From NCBI GenBank assembly GCA_951406725.2, contig OX597827.1, forward strand, positions 20,026,001 to 20,090,000: 64,000 nucleotides of DNA, read 5' to 3'. Below the pieces are notes generated by a model. The model did no database searches. It was given only the letters and a program-made list of their open reading frames with translations, and was not told where the DNA came from. The position numbers were made by a program, and so were the translations under genes. The DNA comes from Octopus vulgaris. Its lineage: Eukaryota. Positions 40,426-54,124 of the stretch are shown in pieces. How positions within the stretch are numbered: position 1 is the first letter of the stretch; every line of letters begins with the position of its first letter.

Positions 40426-40651
40426 TATCTGTAAATATAATATGTGACAATTATTCGGTAGCCATGATAAAACTCCGAGTTTCGGATGTCAGGGTGGAAA
40501 CCTATGCCACCATCACTTCAGTTATCTGGCCATTAGTTTTCCGATGGCCAGATAACTGAAGAGATGGTGGCATGGATTTCCACCTCAGCATCCGAAACTC
40601 GGAGTTTTATCATGGCTACCGAATAAGTGTCACATATTATATTTACAGATA
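40426..40651. repeat. Fold-back element F2 (~108-bp arms) with a C3-G8 hammerhead motif
   Basis: Arms at 40426-40533 and 40544-40651; its flank 40370-40425 recurs at about 34440-34493. Confidence 0.85.
40547..40616 (+). ncRNA. Putative type-I hammerhead ribozyme in the last VMAT intron (sense strand)
   Basis: GCCAGATAA-CTGAAGA-GATG..CATC-C-GAAAC-TCGGA-GTT-TTATCATGGC. Stem I is GCCA/GATAA:TTATC/TGGC. Confidence 0.55.
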
Positions 40652-40785
40652 TATATATATATATATATATACAGGCACAATTTTATTTATATATATATAT
40701 ATATATATTTAAATATATATACACTTTTATATATATGTGTATGTATGTATGTATATATATATATGTGTGTATTTATGTATGTATG

Positions 40786-40829
<44 letters not shown>

Positions 40830-41929
40830 CATACATACACGACAGGCTTCTTTCAGTTTCCATCTACCAAATCCACTCACAAGGCTTTGGTCAGCCCAAG
40901 GCTATAGCTGAAGACACTTGCCCAAGGTGCCACACTTCAGTGGGGCTGAACCTGGAACCATGTAGTTGGGAAGCAAGCTTCTTACCACACAGCCACACCT
41001 GTGTATATACAATTAGTTAATTAGTCACAACTGTTTCGCTGTCACTCAGTTTGTAACGCCATTGCACGTAAATAATTCCATGTGAAAAGTTACCAAAATA
41101 CATTTACGGTTGATTGTAATGAAGTGGCTCTTCATCAGATTGGCATAAAGCCAAGTGCCCTCACTTTGTGGGACAGACACTGTGTGTGTGTGTGTGTGTG
41201 TGTGTGTACTATGAAATTTTTAACATTTATGAGAATAAAAGTGTGAAGGCACATGGCCCAGTGACTAGTGTTGCACTCGTGATTGTGAGGTCGTGGGTTC
41301 AATTCCCTGACCGAGCGGCTCATGGTGTTCTTGAGCAAGATACTTCATTTCACATTGCTGCAATCCACTCAGCTGTAAATGGATTAGCCTCCCGATCAGG
41401 CATGGATCTTGGCCTGCTCACCTAGCCAGCTGGCTGGCATCATTCAAACACCAGATCAATGCAAAGCGTATTGTGATCAGCGATGTATAGCAACATCCGA
41501 TAGCCTGGTGAATACTGTGATATGGCAATTATAAAAATACCAGTGTAGCTTTTTCCAGTGAAATTTTGCTGTTACAGTGATTGATATTCCTCCCCTACTC
41601 CCTTTCTCTCTCTCTGTGTTGTTCCTTCTGGAGCCATGCCTGGCTTATAAGGGCCGGTTTTCCCGGTTTCCTTGGCGTATAAGTTCCCCACCTGGACGGG
41701 ACGCAGGTCCATCGCAGGTAAGCTGCTAGATGCAGGAGAAAAGAGTGAGAGAAAGTTGTGGCAAAAGAGTCAGCAGAAGTTCGCCATTACCTTCTGCCGG
41801 AGATGCATGGAGCTTAGGGTGTTTCGCTCATAAACACACACACACTGCCCGGTCTGAAATTCGAACCCACGATCCTTCGACCTCCTGTCTACTGCTCTAA
41901 CCACTAGGCCATGTGCCTCCACCTCTTTC

Positions 41930-42041
<112 letters not shown>

Positions 42042-42065
42042 ATCTCTTCCTTTCTATTTCCACAG

Positions 42066-42161
42066 TCGCTGGTGATGAATGAACAATGTCCAGTACAATA
42101 TGTGACATACAACCAAAGTAAACGGGATACGACATCAGAAGACGATGAGGGCGGCTACTGA
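42066..42161 (+). CDS. SLC18A2: VMAT terminal coding exon
   Basis: A (CT)n tract then ttccacag|TCG. Encodes SLVMNEQCPVQYVTYNQSKRDTTSEDDEGGY* (compare human AILMDHNCPI...EDEESESD). Confidence 0.9.
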   Translation, partial: SLVMNEQCPVQYVTYNQSKRDTTSEDDEGGY

Positions 42162-42617
42162 GAGGGTGTGGCCGCAGACTGTCCGCCGTACCCTGTTGTG
42201 CTTTCACTGAGGCGAAGGGGGTTGGGGAGAATTCGAATAACGATGGTTATAAATGAATGTCAACCACAACAATAGCAACAACAATGGCAATAAGAACAAC
42301 ATAAACATCCATAAAAAAACACACAGATTCAAATACAAATAGAACAACTGATACGAACAAAAACAACACCAACGACAACAAGCACAATACATCTACAAGA
42401 GAAAATGTGCAAACTATCCACAACAGCAATTACAACAACATTAAGAACATCCAAGTCACTGAGGAATACTCCGAGGAGTTTTGGGAAAGAGAAAAGTTTA
42501 GAAAGATGGCAACGACCATATCAGGAGCTCCATGCCTTTTCTCTCTCTCTCTCTCTCTCTCTCAATGTGTATATACATATATATATATATGTATATGTAT
42601 GTATATATGTGTATATA

Positions 42618-42662
<45 letters not shown>

Positions 42663-42727
42663 GTGTGTATATACATATGTGTGTGTATACATGTGTGTGT
42701 ATATACATATGTGTGTATATACATATG

Positions 42728-42786
<59 letters not shown>

Positions 42787-43299
42787 ATATATATATGTAT
42801 ATATATATGTATGTATGTATATATATATGTGTATATATATGTATATATATATGTATGTATATGTATATATATATTCATATAGCAGTCCGTTAATCTATGG
42901 AATCTAGCCTTTTTCTCTTTCACCCTCCTCCTCCTCCGTATCTCAGTTTTTTCACTCTCTCTTTTCTCTCTCTCTTTCTCTTTCTCACACACTTTCACAC
43001 TCCTCCTCCTCCTCCCACTATTCATTCTTCTACTCCAACTACCACCACCCCTCTGTCTCCCCGTCCCCTCCCCCCATCCCCACCAAACAATATTCCATGT
43101 CTGTCTCATCAACATCACCGGTGCTAAAACAATAAAAACAATAAGGCTTACAAGGCTTGTACACACCTCACACCCGTGCACAACCAAACACAGTTCTGTG
43201 CACAGATACTGCATCTGAACTGACACGAAGGGGGAGAGCAAGCCGAGATGGACATAGACAACATTGACGTAACAATATGACAACAACAACAATAGTAAC

Positions 43300-43333
<34 letters not shown>

Positions 43334-43503
43334 TCTTGTTTGCAAAGATGATAACATTGATATAAAACATTAAAAAATATTATTACATACATGTGTGTAT
43401 GTGTGTGTGCTTGCATGTATATATATATATATACATATAAGTGTGTGTGTGTGTGTGTGGGTGTATGTATACATATATATATATATGTATATATATATAC
43501 ATA

Positions 43504-43536
<33 letters not shown>

Positions 43537-44569
43537 TCATACATATATATACATATATATATATGCATATATATATATATACATATATATGCATATATAT
43601 ATACATATATACATATATATATGCATATATATATATATACATATATATATACAAATATACATACATATATGCATATATATATATACATATATATATACAA
43701 ATATACATACATATATATATACATATATATATACAAATATACATACATATATATATACATACATATATATTTACATATATATATTTACATATATTACATA
43801 TATATTTATATATATATATATATATATACATATATATATACATACATATATTATAGCGGGTAGTGGACTGACAGAATCGGTAGAGCATCAGAGAGTTCTT
43901 TAAGTTCAACTCAATTCTGCTTTTCGTCCTTTGATTAAATGAAGCACCAGTTGAACATTGGAGACGATCTTATTGACATTTCCCCTCTGTCAAATTTGCC
44001 GGCCTTGAGCCAAAATTAGAAACATTTACTGTGGTTATTCTTGTTGCTGTTGTTATTATTATTGTTGTTGTTGTTATTATTATTATTATCATTATTATTA
44101 TTAATCCGCTGTGACGACTTTCACTGTCAACCTTCTGGGTGTTGGGGTTGACAAAATGAAATACCGGTTAAGTACCGGAGTAGATGGCATTGACTAGCCC
44201 CTAAAAGCCCCTAAAATTGCTGGCCTTGTGTCAAAATTTGAAACAATTATGATCATTATTATTATTATTATTATTATTAAGAAAATTCTCTACACATTTA
44301 AGACTGTTAGAGCAGCTTTTAGCAATGGATTCCTTCCTGGAAACGGAGACATCTTGCGAGATGTTCCCCCTCTCCGCTCCTCGTAAATATAACACTTTTA
44401 CAGGACTAAAACTGCACACAGAAATATGTAAATTCATACATATACACTTACATAAATGCACGTATAGACACACACACACATACGTGCATGAACACGTATA
44501 CATACATGCCCGTGTATCCAGACAAATGCACACATACATATATACATTCAGGCATATACGTATACATAA

Positions 44570-44607
<38 letters not shown>

Positions 44608-45049
44608 TTATACAGGCGTGCATACAAATACATACACATAGAATATGTAAGAGAATCTCACCAGTATTTTGAGACTTCCCCCCCAAAGTTCTTTACATGT
44701 AACTCCTGATTTGCTGACTGGAACAAATATAAACCTGCACCACACACACACACACAAACACACACACGCACACACAAACCTTTTAGTCGCACTAATGTCT
44801 TACACCGAAACTACACATGATATTTTATCACTCGTGCACAAGCATACACATTCATGTGTGTTTATATACATTATATTCATGCATACATACATACATTTTA
44901 TATATATATGTATATGTATATATAAGAAAACGAAAAAGTGAGAGAGAAAGAGTGACAGAGAGAGAAAGGATGATAAAGAGAATTATGCAAATGATTACAC
45001 CTGAATCCAAACATAAAGACATATGCATACAACACACACACACTCATGT

Positions 45050-45105
<56 letters not shown>

Positions 45106-45968
45106 GTGTCTCTGTGTTTGTGTGCGCACACGTGCACAGGCGCAGAGACAAACACACACATATATACATATATGTGCACACACACACATATATATCCTTG
45201 TACACATGTACACTCGCACACACGGATTTATGCAAATAGATTTACACACACACACACACACACACACATAGAAAACAGATTACATACATACATCTACACA
45301 TATATACTGATACAACAAATGCAAACATATATATATGTATATATGTATATGTATATATATATAGAATGAAAAAAAAAACCAAACAAAAAAAAGAAAAAAA
45401 GGAATAACAAAGATAACTTCCATTTTGTTTACCTGTTTCCGTTGCTGAACATGTTTATGTATGTTAACTGTTAATTATTTTGGTCGTAGACGCTGGAATG
45501 CTGTAATAAAGCAATTAGAAGCTGGGCTTCCCCCACCCCTACCCCCCTCTTCAACTCATAGACTTTGTTGAACTCCAAAGATTCTGGCTAAAAACACGAA
45601 AAAAAAAACGAAAAAAAAAAACACTGCAAAACAAAGAAATTTATAAAGACCACCACTACAGAAAATATTTTTTAAAAACACAGACGTGCACACACACGCA
45701 CGCATATATATATATGTATATATATATACATACAGTATATATATATGTATATATATATACATACATGTATATATATACATACAGTATATATATATACATA
45801 CAGTATATATATATACATGTATATATATACATACAGTATATATATGTATGTATATACATACATACAGTATATATATATATATATATAAATACATACAGTA
45901 TATATATATGTATATATATATACATGCAGTGTATATATATATACATATATATACATACAGTGTGTGTG

Positions 45969-45999
<31 letters not shown>

Positions 46000-46419
46000 T
46001 GAATACATATTGTATATCTACAAACACACATGCACACACACACACACACACGCACACACATATATGTGTGTGTTTGTATATCATTAAATTGATATGCCTA
46101 CAAACTACATAAAAAACTTTATACAAGACGTAAACCTAAATCCTTATTTATACATGCTTGGTTCATGCGTATATAGTATAAATATAGGAATACCTACAAA
46201 CTGAATATATATATATTTATATTATTAGAGATTTATAGACACCTATATTCGTATATAAATTTAAATATATTGGTACATAAACATTATATGTATGTACGGA
46301 TGGCTTGATGAATATTATGAACAGAATGCATATATATTATACATACATAAATAAGACATATATATTGTACATAAGTATAATTTATACATATATTTAAATA
46401 CATGTTTGTATTTACATAC

Positions 46420-46455
<36 letters not shown>

Positions 46456-46753
46456 AAAGAAAAGAGTGAGAGAGTGAGAGAGAGAAACATAGCTAGACAG
46501 ACAGATAGATAGATGCACACAGATAAGTATGCATCTGTATGTATGTATAACGCTGATGAGAGTTATGGGCTGCAATGGTCGTGACGGGGAGAAATCCTTA
46601 TATGGATGTAGAGTACTAAAAACTATATATAAAATACATATATATATATATAAAATAAATATATAAAATATATACATAGTATATATGTAAAAGATATATA
46701 CGTATATAAAAAATATATATGTATTTATATATATATATATGATATATATATAT

Positions 46754-46852
<99 letters not shown>

Positions 46853-47314
46853 TATATAAAACATATATATATATAGGTATATATAAATAATATATATATA
46901 TAATATATATATATATATATACATGTGTGTGTGTGTGTGTGTGCATTTATATATAAATTTCCTATTTTTCATTAGTGGTTTAAAAATTGATCGAGATTTT
47001 CGTACATAGTATCTATCGTGTGTGTGTGTGCGTCTGTGTGAAATATAAATAAATAAATATGTGTGTGTATGTAGTGGTATATAAATATACATGCACATGC
47101 ATATATATGTATGCATACATATATGTATATACACGCACAATATAACATATATTTATATACAATACATGCCATACATATGTATGTGTTATATATCTATATA
47201 TATATATATATATATGTGTGTATATAGATATATATGTATGATTGATTGATTGATTGATTCTAGTTTCAGCTTATGAGCTGTGGCCATGCTGGGGCACCGC
47301 CATTTTATATATAT

Positions 47315-48204
47315 GGAAAATAAGACAAAACTAGAAAATGCTAAAATAATTTTATCATGAACAACATTTTAGTCTTTGCGACTTTTTTCAACTTTCAGTG
47401 AAGCATGAAAACCAATTTAATTGTGGAAAAATTAAATGAAATATTTTTAAAATATTTCCATAGTTTTCAAATACAAGGGTGATTTTCCTGTTTTCTCTCT
47501 TTCTCTCTCTCTCTCTCTTTTATTGTTGTGAAGGCTTGGTAGAAGCAGTCCTAAAAGAATATTTGATACTAGCAGTATCGCCCGGCGTTGCTCGGGTTTG
47601 TAAGGGAAATAACTATATAAGCATTTTTAGAGATGTAAAGTATAATAGCCATCTCAATATGGCTAACCACAAAGGGGGGGGGGGTTACTGTAGCTTTTTA
47701 CGTTGAGATTTAATAAATTTTTAGAGAGTTACTTCCCTTATATATGCCAAAAATGCATTAAAAATGGGAAAAATTGATGGTAAATTTTTTTTTTAAATCG
47801 TAGACTCACGCTAATACCCAGAAGAGCTCGATATGAATCACGACTATAAGATACCCGGTTTTGGTTAAACTGCACTGCAAAATGTGGGAGTAGTTAGGAA
47901 TCTAAACCGTAGGAGACAGACAGCACACAACCTCTCTTTTATATATAAAGATGAGGGATGTTAGTTCTTGGTTTCGATAGTTTTACCTACGACCAAGCTT
48001 GCACAAGAGTAAAAGAGAGACAGACAGGAAAATGACCCTTGTATTTGAAAACTATGGAAATATTTTTAAAAGACATTCCATTTAATTTTTTCCACGATTT
48101 CATTGTTTTTCATACTTTACTCAAAGTTGCAAAGACAGATGCCAATACTAAAATGTTGTTCATGATAGAATTATTTTAGCATTTTCTACCTCGTCATATT
48201 TTCC
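47315..48204. repeat. Old fold-back element F4, interrupted by Helitron H1
   Basis: Diverged inverted arms at about 47315-47550 and 47985-48204; a related single arm lies at about 40120-40345. Confidence 0.65.
47569..47951 (-). mobile_element. Helitron family H1, in the loop of a fold-back element
   Basis: Reverse complement of 34494-34887. Confidence 0.82.
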
Positions 48205-48289
48205 TTACACATATCAACACGTGAGTTTCTTTTCAACCTTCTACATACATATATATGTATGAATATATATATATATATTTATGTGTATA

Positions 48290-48322
<33 letters not shown>

Positions 48323-49277
48323 CATGTGTATAATATATGTATGTATATATATATATACATGTGTATATATGTATGTATATATATATACATATGTATGTAT
48401 ATATACACATGTATATATATATATATATGTATGCATGTATATATATGTATGCATGTATATATATATGTGTGTATATATGTATGCATGTGTATATATATGT
48501 ATGCATGTATGTATATTATGTATATATGTATGTATGTATATATATGTATGTATGTATGTATCTATATATACACATGTATGTATATAGACATGTATATATA
48601 TATATAATTTTATGTATATATACATATACGTGTGTGTAAATATGTATATATGTATGCAATCATATATACATTCAGACTGACGTAGAACTATACATACATT
48701 GATACATAAAAATACAAGAAAGAGCTATTTTTTGTAAAAACTGTCTATGAAATCGGCCATGTTTGGGGTGGGGTGGTCAGTTGTTTGTCTGCAGTTATCC
48801 TGTCCCCTAGGGCAGGGCCATAGGTGAGCTACTATCCTGTCCCCTAGGGGCAGGGCCATAGGTGAGCTACTATATATTTCAGAGAGGCATTTGGTGCAAA
48901 CTTTCTTCCTATTGAATAAAATTGAATGAAATGAAAAAAAAAATCAATAAACATTGTTTCACCTGTTTTTTTGTTTTGCTTTTTGTTATTTATTTTATCT
49001 TTTGTTTTACTTCAATTTACAACATTGTTCAAGTGCCTTCATATACACACGTATGATGCACGAAAGGGATAGAGATGCGGGAAAAGTAGTAAAAAAAAGC
49101 CCATTTGAGAAGTCCTTTGTCAGTGCCCACCTTTCGCTGCCGTATAAAATAGCACTGATTCGAGAGGCGCAATGAACAGCTGGATTTTGATTTGCCGGGG
49201 CAATTTGGAGTCCCGGGCCTTCTTTAGTTTTATAAAGGATCAATTGTTGCCTTCTTTTGACTTAACTCTACTTTTAA

Positions 49278-49554
49278 TCTGTTGTGTCTGGGGAGAGTGC
49301 CTTATTATTTAACACACTTACCAGTAAAATTTCCACTTATTTCTTATTTTTATTTTCCTAAAATTTTCGTTGCGTGTTGCAACCTTTTCAATAGTTTTGA
49401 CTAGTGACTAGTGAGAGTCAAAACTATTGAAAAGGTTGCAACACGCAACGAAAATTTTAGGAAAATAAAAATAAGAAATAAGTGGAAATTTCACCGGTCA
49501 GTGTGTTAAATTATAAGGCACTAAAAGAGAATGACTCTCCCCAGACACAACAGA
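49278..49554. repeat. Fold-back element F3 (~125-bp arms) with a U3-A8 hammerhead-like motif
   Basis: Arms at 49278-49402 and 49416-49554. Confidence 0.85.
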
Positions 49555-49660
49555 ATATGCTTCATCACACGAACTCATATAAAGAATCTTGCAAACCAAA
49601 TCCAAAAACGAAATCTACTTTTAACGTAATGCCTATAAATTTATATCGCCACAAGTTACC

Positions 49661-49878
49661 TATTTCTTTATTACCCACCAGGGGCTGAACATAGAGGGGA
49701 CAAACATAGGTATTAAGTCGATTATATCGACCCCAGTGCTTAACTGGTACTTAATTTATCGACCCCGAAAGGATGAAAGGCAAAGTCGACCTCGGCGGAA
49801 TTTGAACTCACAACGTAACGGCAGACGAAATACCGCTAAGCATTTCGCCCGCCGTGCTAACGATTCTGCTAGCTCGCC
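49661..49878 (-). mobile_element. SINE family B copy with TSD
   Basis: Flanked on both sides by TCGCCACAAGTTACCT (partly overlapping the element head). Confidence 0.85.
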
Positions 49879-50691
49879 ACAAGTTACCTCCCCTTAACTA
49901 GCTAACCTCGTTATCTCGCTCTACTTCGATTATTCATTTATCATATTGGTCACATTAACAACGACTAATAACATTCCAAATGTCATTCCTGCTTTTAAAA
50001 CTATTTTATCAATCTTTTATCTTTTCTAAGAAGCTGGTACTTTAATGCCCGCGTAAACGCTACTACTCATACAAGGGAAACAATTCAGTCATACCTGTAG
50101 CTCTTCAATCTGAGTTTTCTCCCTTATATCAACTTTGCCGTGATTGAATATGTTGTTTCAGAGTTTAACTTTAATTTATGGTAAGTTGATATCACGCCAC
50201 CCCTTAATTGAACGGGTATATCTGCGGCAGGAAAGTCGATGTGCCGATGTGTTAATCGATAAAATGAACAAATCAGAAATAGACAACTCTCCAGAAGTTG
50301 TGTATGCAGTTATGATGCCTCGACCAAGAAATAATCTGGTCCCACTTAGATTTTAAGGAATGGTCAAATATGTTGCAGCGAATGACAGAACTTAAAGATA
50401 TTTCTCCTTTGTGAAATGTATTCAGAACGAGTCAGCTTCACAGAATTTCTTTCTTCAAAATATACCCATTCAAAAGTAACATTTGAATATGAAGAGTTCC
50501 CTTACTGTCACGTTAAGTTGACAGTATACAACCACTCTCTGGCTCCACCACCGTACATATATCTATGAGATATATAGAAATTTAATATTTCTGATTTTGG
50601 TGATCAGTGAATAAATTTCACTGAAAATATATATATATATATATACTTACGAGGTCTAGACAGATATCTTCAGCTAGCGGGCCTCTGCTAC

Positions 50692-50738
50692 TCTAGACCG
50701 ATGATGGGCAAAGACCCTGAAACATGCGTATCTCTAGA
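50692..50738 (+). ncRNA. Putative minimal hammerhead ribozyme variant
   Basis: TCTAGA-CCGATGA-TGGG-CAAAGA-CCCT-GAAAC-ATGC-GTA-TCTCTAGA. Confidence 0.45.
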
Positions 50739-51868
50739 TGCAAGCCTAGCTGTTGGGGGTATTTGTCTCTCCTTCGTAAATATATAAGTGCACAGGAAAT
50801 GTGTCGAGGCCGACAGGAAGCGTCGATGCTTCCTAGGGCTAAACAGCGGTGGTGTAATTCCCTTACTGTCATGTTAAGTTGACAGTATACAACCACTCAA
50901 AAAGAATATAATTTCATAAATATATTAAATTGGAAAAGTTACTCCTCAACCAACAGAAAGAGCAGCACAATCTCTCTCCTGAGAATTAATTAACGATAGA
51001 CATTGCACCGGTATTTAACTGTTTTTCTTAGTTGCTTAGTGTCTTATCTGAAATATATGGAATTTTTCAAGGATCTCTAATGCAACACTTTAAGACGTTG
51101 TTACTAACACATTCTTTTGTATTCTAACAAGAAATTCAAACAAACTCAGTCTCCATATATACACACACGTGCACACGTGTATGTGTGTGTGTATGTATGC
51201 TATATACCAATTATACAACTCAGATCAAGACATATATACATATATATACACACACACACATAGATATATATATATATACCCTGTAAAAAAAATCAAGACA
51301 AATGAAAAACTACATCAGAAGAACCTTTAAAATAATGGACCAAGAAATAGCATCTTGCATTGTGGAGAAAGACTAGGCTAAAAGCAATTTGACTGATGTT
51401 TAAGACACTAACACAGCATGTTTCTGCTTGTCCATTTATAAACAGCGGGCTGCTGGCATCACATTTTTTAGGGGGTGGGGAGTACCTCGGTTTCTTTATG
51501 GTAAGTGGAAAGATTTAGATACAATGACAAGAAAGAAGAGAAAGAATGGGACAAGCTTAGAGAAATGGTGGGTGGGGTGGGGGACAATGAAACAAAGAGA
51601 AGGAGCAGAGGAAAATAGAAAATTAAGGCAAGATGAAAAGGAGAGAGAGAAAGAAGAAGAAAGAGAATGTAAGAGAGATACATGAAGAGAAAGCAAAAGA
51701 TGGTTAAAGAAGGAAAATGTGTTGGAAGGAATAATAATAATAATAATAATTAGTATCTTGAACAATAACCTCAAGTCTCCTTTGTCTGCAAGTCATCAAA
51801 TAGAAAAGAAAGAAATTCAAGATAGAAATAGTCTTCTTTATGTGAAACCAATAAACAACAAAGTTTTA

Positions 51869-52483
51869 TCAGAATCCCAAATACTCGTTTACTACATTAT
51901 TCACATGCAACAGCCATTGTTTTAGTGTGCGTCTCTGCATGGGAATGTGAGGTGCAGGCCGATGCATTTGGCCTGCAGCGTAAGGCACTGGACTAGAGGT
52001 TGACAAAGTAGCGTTTGAAGAGTAACAGCCGGGATCTTCTAAACAGAAGTAGGAATGTATGTATTCACGACACATGGGACAACGTTCAAGCTTGCTAAAA
52101 CAAGTCCTGCACACGCATGCATGTCGACATGGCAACAGAGCCATGCTGATAGATTCACACTGACAAACGATACAGTCGTTTTGCGTAGAACTCTCGGAAT
52201 CCGTGGCATTGCAATCTGTTGAAACCGGTTTGTCGCATACAGCAGAAGATGCTTGCAGCTCAGCATTTGCTGTTGTTCCTAAGTCCCCTTCAGATGAAGA
52301 AGCTGTGACATCTTTCATGCCAGATGCTGATGTAGAAGGCATTTCAGTTATATTGGAGGAACTGGTATTAACATCTTCTGTCAAATGACTCTGTGAAGAC
52401 TGCTTTGCGGAAACGGTAGACGAGGGTACTTGTGTTGTTTGCTGGGATCCTTCATCATCAGGCAATGAAGCTATAAATAAAGG
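51869..52483 (-). CDS. CGRRF1: CGRRF1 terminal exon with C3HC4 RING finger
   Basis: Minus strand ttctttatag|CCT TTA TTT. Encodes PLFIASLPDDE...DCIVCQCESISMALLPCRHACVCRTCFSKLERCPMCREYIHSYF...EYLGF*, similar to human DCVVCQNGTVNWVLLPCRHTCLCDGCVKYFQQCPMCRQFV. Confidence 0.9.
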   Translation of the reverse strand, partial: PLFIASLPDDEGSQQTTQVPSSTVSAKQSSQSHLTEDVNTSSSNITEMPSTSASGMKDVTASSSEGDLGTTANAELQASSAVCDKPVSTDCNATDSESSTQNDCIVCQCESISMALLPCRHACVCRTCFSKLERCPMCREYIHSYFCLEDPGCYSSNATLSTSSPVPYAAGQMHRPAPHIPMQRRTLKQWLLHVNNVVNEYLGF

Positions 52484-52539
52484 CTATAAAGAAAACAATA
52501 CAATTGTTTAGACACAGATATACTTTTTTTTTTATATAT

Positions 52540-52770
52540 ATTTCTTTACTACCCACAAGGGGCTAAACACAGAGGGGACAAACAAGGACAGACAAACGGG
52601 TTAAGTCGATTACATCGATCCCAGTGCGTAACTGGTACTTAATTTATCGACCCCGAAAGGATGAAAGGTAAAGTCGACCTCAGCGGAATTTGAACTCAGA
52701 ACATAGCGGCAGACGAAATACGGCTATGCATTTCGCCCGGCGTGCTCACGTTTCTGCCAGCTCACCGCCT
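52540..52770 (-). mobile_element. SINE family B copy, about 55 nt upstream of the CGRRF1 last-exon acceptor
   Basis: Full-length match to family B, flanked by TTTTTTTTATATA. Confidence 0.85.
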
Positions 52771-53292
52771 TTTTTTTATATAAACAACTCTCACTCTAGT
52801 AATACTGTCACTCACTCGCATTCCAGTTACACTACCACTCTCACTCTAGTTACACTGCTACTCTCACTCCACTTCATCCCACTCCAGATTATTACCAAAA
52901 CATGTTATTGACCATTTCCAATGGACACTGAAGCCAGACCAAACTCGCATCAAACTGGAGGGAATTAAGCAGTCTGACGTAGTCTTTGTTGGTTGCCAAT
53001 GTGTTGAATAAGTCGCAAATAGCAAATGCATTAAGTTTCTGTTCGTTAGAAGAGATTCACAAATTAACAACCAAACTCGGCTGAAGAATTGCAGCCACTA
53101 ATTAATGGCCTGGGAAAGGTTTTCAATGAGATATTCAAATACTGAAAAACCTCAATGGCCATCACTATTGAAAACAACTGGAAACAAGATGTTTATTAGA
53201 GATTATAATTCCAGCTAGATTGTGAGGCATGAAACAGCAACAACAGCAACATTATCATGGTATTGGTTTAAGCTGACAGTCCTGATACTGTA

Positions 53293-53486
53293 TTCTTTTA
53301 TTCTTTTAATTGTTTCAGTCATTTGACTGTGGCCATGCTGGGGCACCACCTTTAGTCGAGCAAAACGACCCCAGGACTTACTCTTTGTAAGCCTAGTACT
53401 TAGTCTATCGGTCTCTTTTGCCGAACCACTAAGTTACGGGGACGTAAACACACCACCATCAGTAATAAAGCAATTTTGGGACACGG

Positions 53487-53519
<33 letters not shown>

Positions 53520-53690
53520 CATATATACGGCAGGCTTCTTTCAGTTTCCATCTACCAAATCCACTCACAAGGCTTTGGTCGGCCCGAGGCTATAGTAGAA
53601 GACACTTGCACAAGGTGCCACGTAGTGAGACTGAACCCGGAACCATGTGGTTGGTAAGCAAGCTACTTACCACACAGCCACTCTTATGCG
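53293..53690 (-). mobile_element. SINE family A, full copy in a CGRRF1 intron
   Basis: Reverse complement of the 5819-6276 element. Partial or decayed copies also at about 33770-33990, 40838-41000 and 61310-61650. Confidence 0.85.
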
Positions 53691-54016
53691 TATGGCAACA
53701 ATAATAATTTCTCTTGAAACCTTTTGCCAAGTGACCACCACCAATGATGTTTCTAAAAAATGGAACATACACAGAATTTTGAAAAAAAGAATGAATATGA
53801 AATAAATTTGAGTAAACCAAGGAACCACAACAGTTCTGAACCCTGACAGAAATCACTTCCCTTAAGTAACAAATGCTTATGAGAAAAGCATAAACATCAC
53901 AACATCCCCCACTTCTAAAATGCGGAGCTTCTGTGTCTCTCTGGGATGGCTTCACCCTTTGTCTACCTTCTTTTAGTCAACCTAATAATGGGGTGGGGTA
54001 GAAACTTTAGACTCAC

Positions 54017-54124
54017 CTGAAGATTGAATATTTGGTTATTGTAGGTTTTCAAGTGTTGGTTGATAATGTGGGAGTTCATACTACAAACAGAATCCTTTAA
54101 ATGGATGGCACTCAGCATCGCCAC
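54017..54124 (-). CDS. CGRRF1: CGRRF1 internal exon
   Basis: ctccaccag|GTG...CAG|gtgagt. Encodes VAMLSAIHLKDSVCSMNSHIINQHLKTYNNQIFNLQ (human SMVSVIHIPD...CRILYQYL). 108 bp, phase 0/0. Confidence 0.88.
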
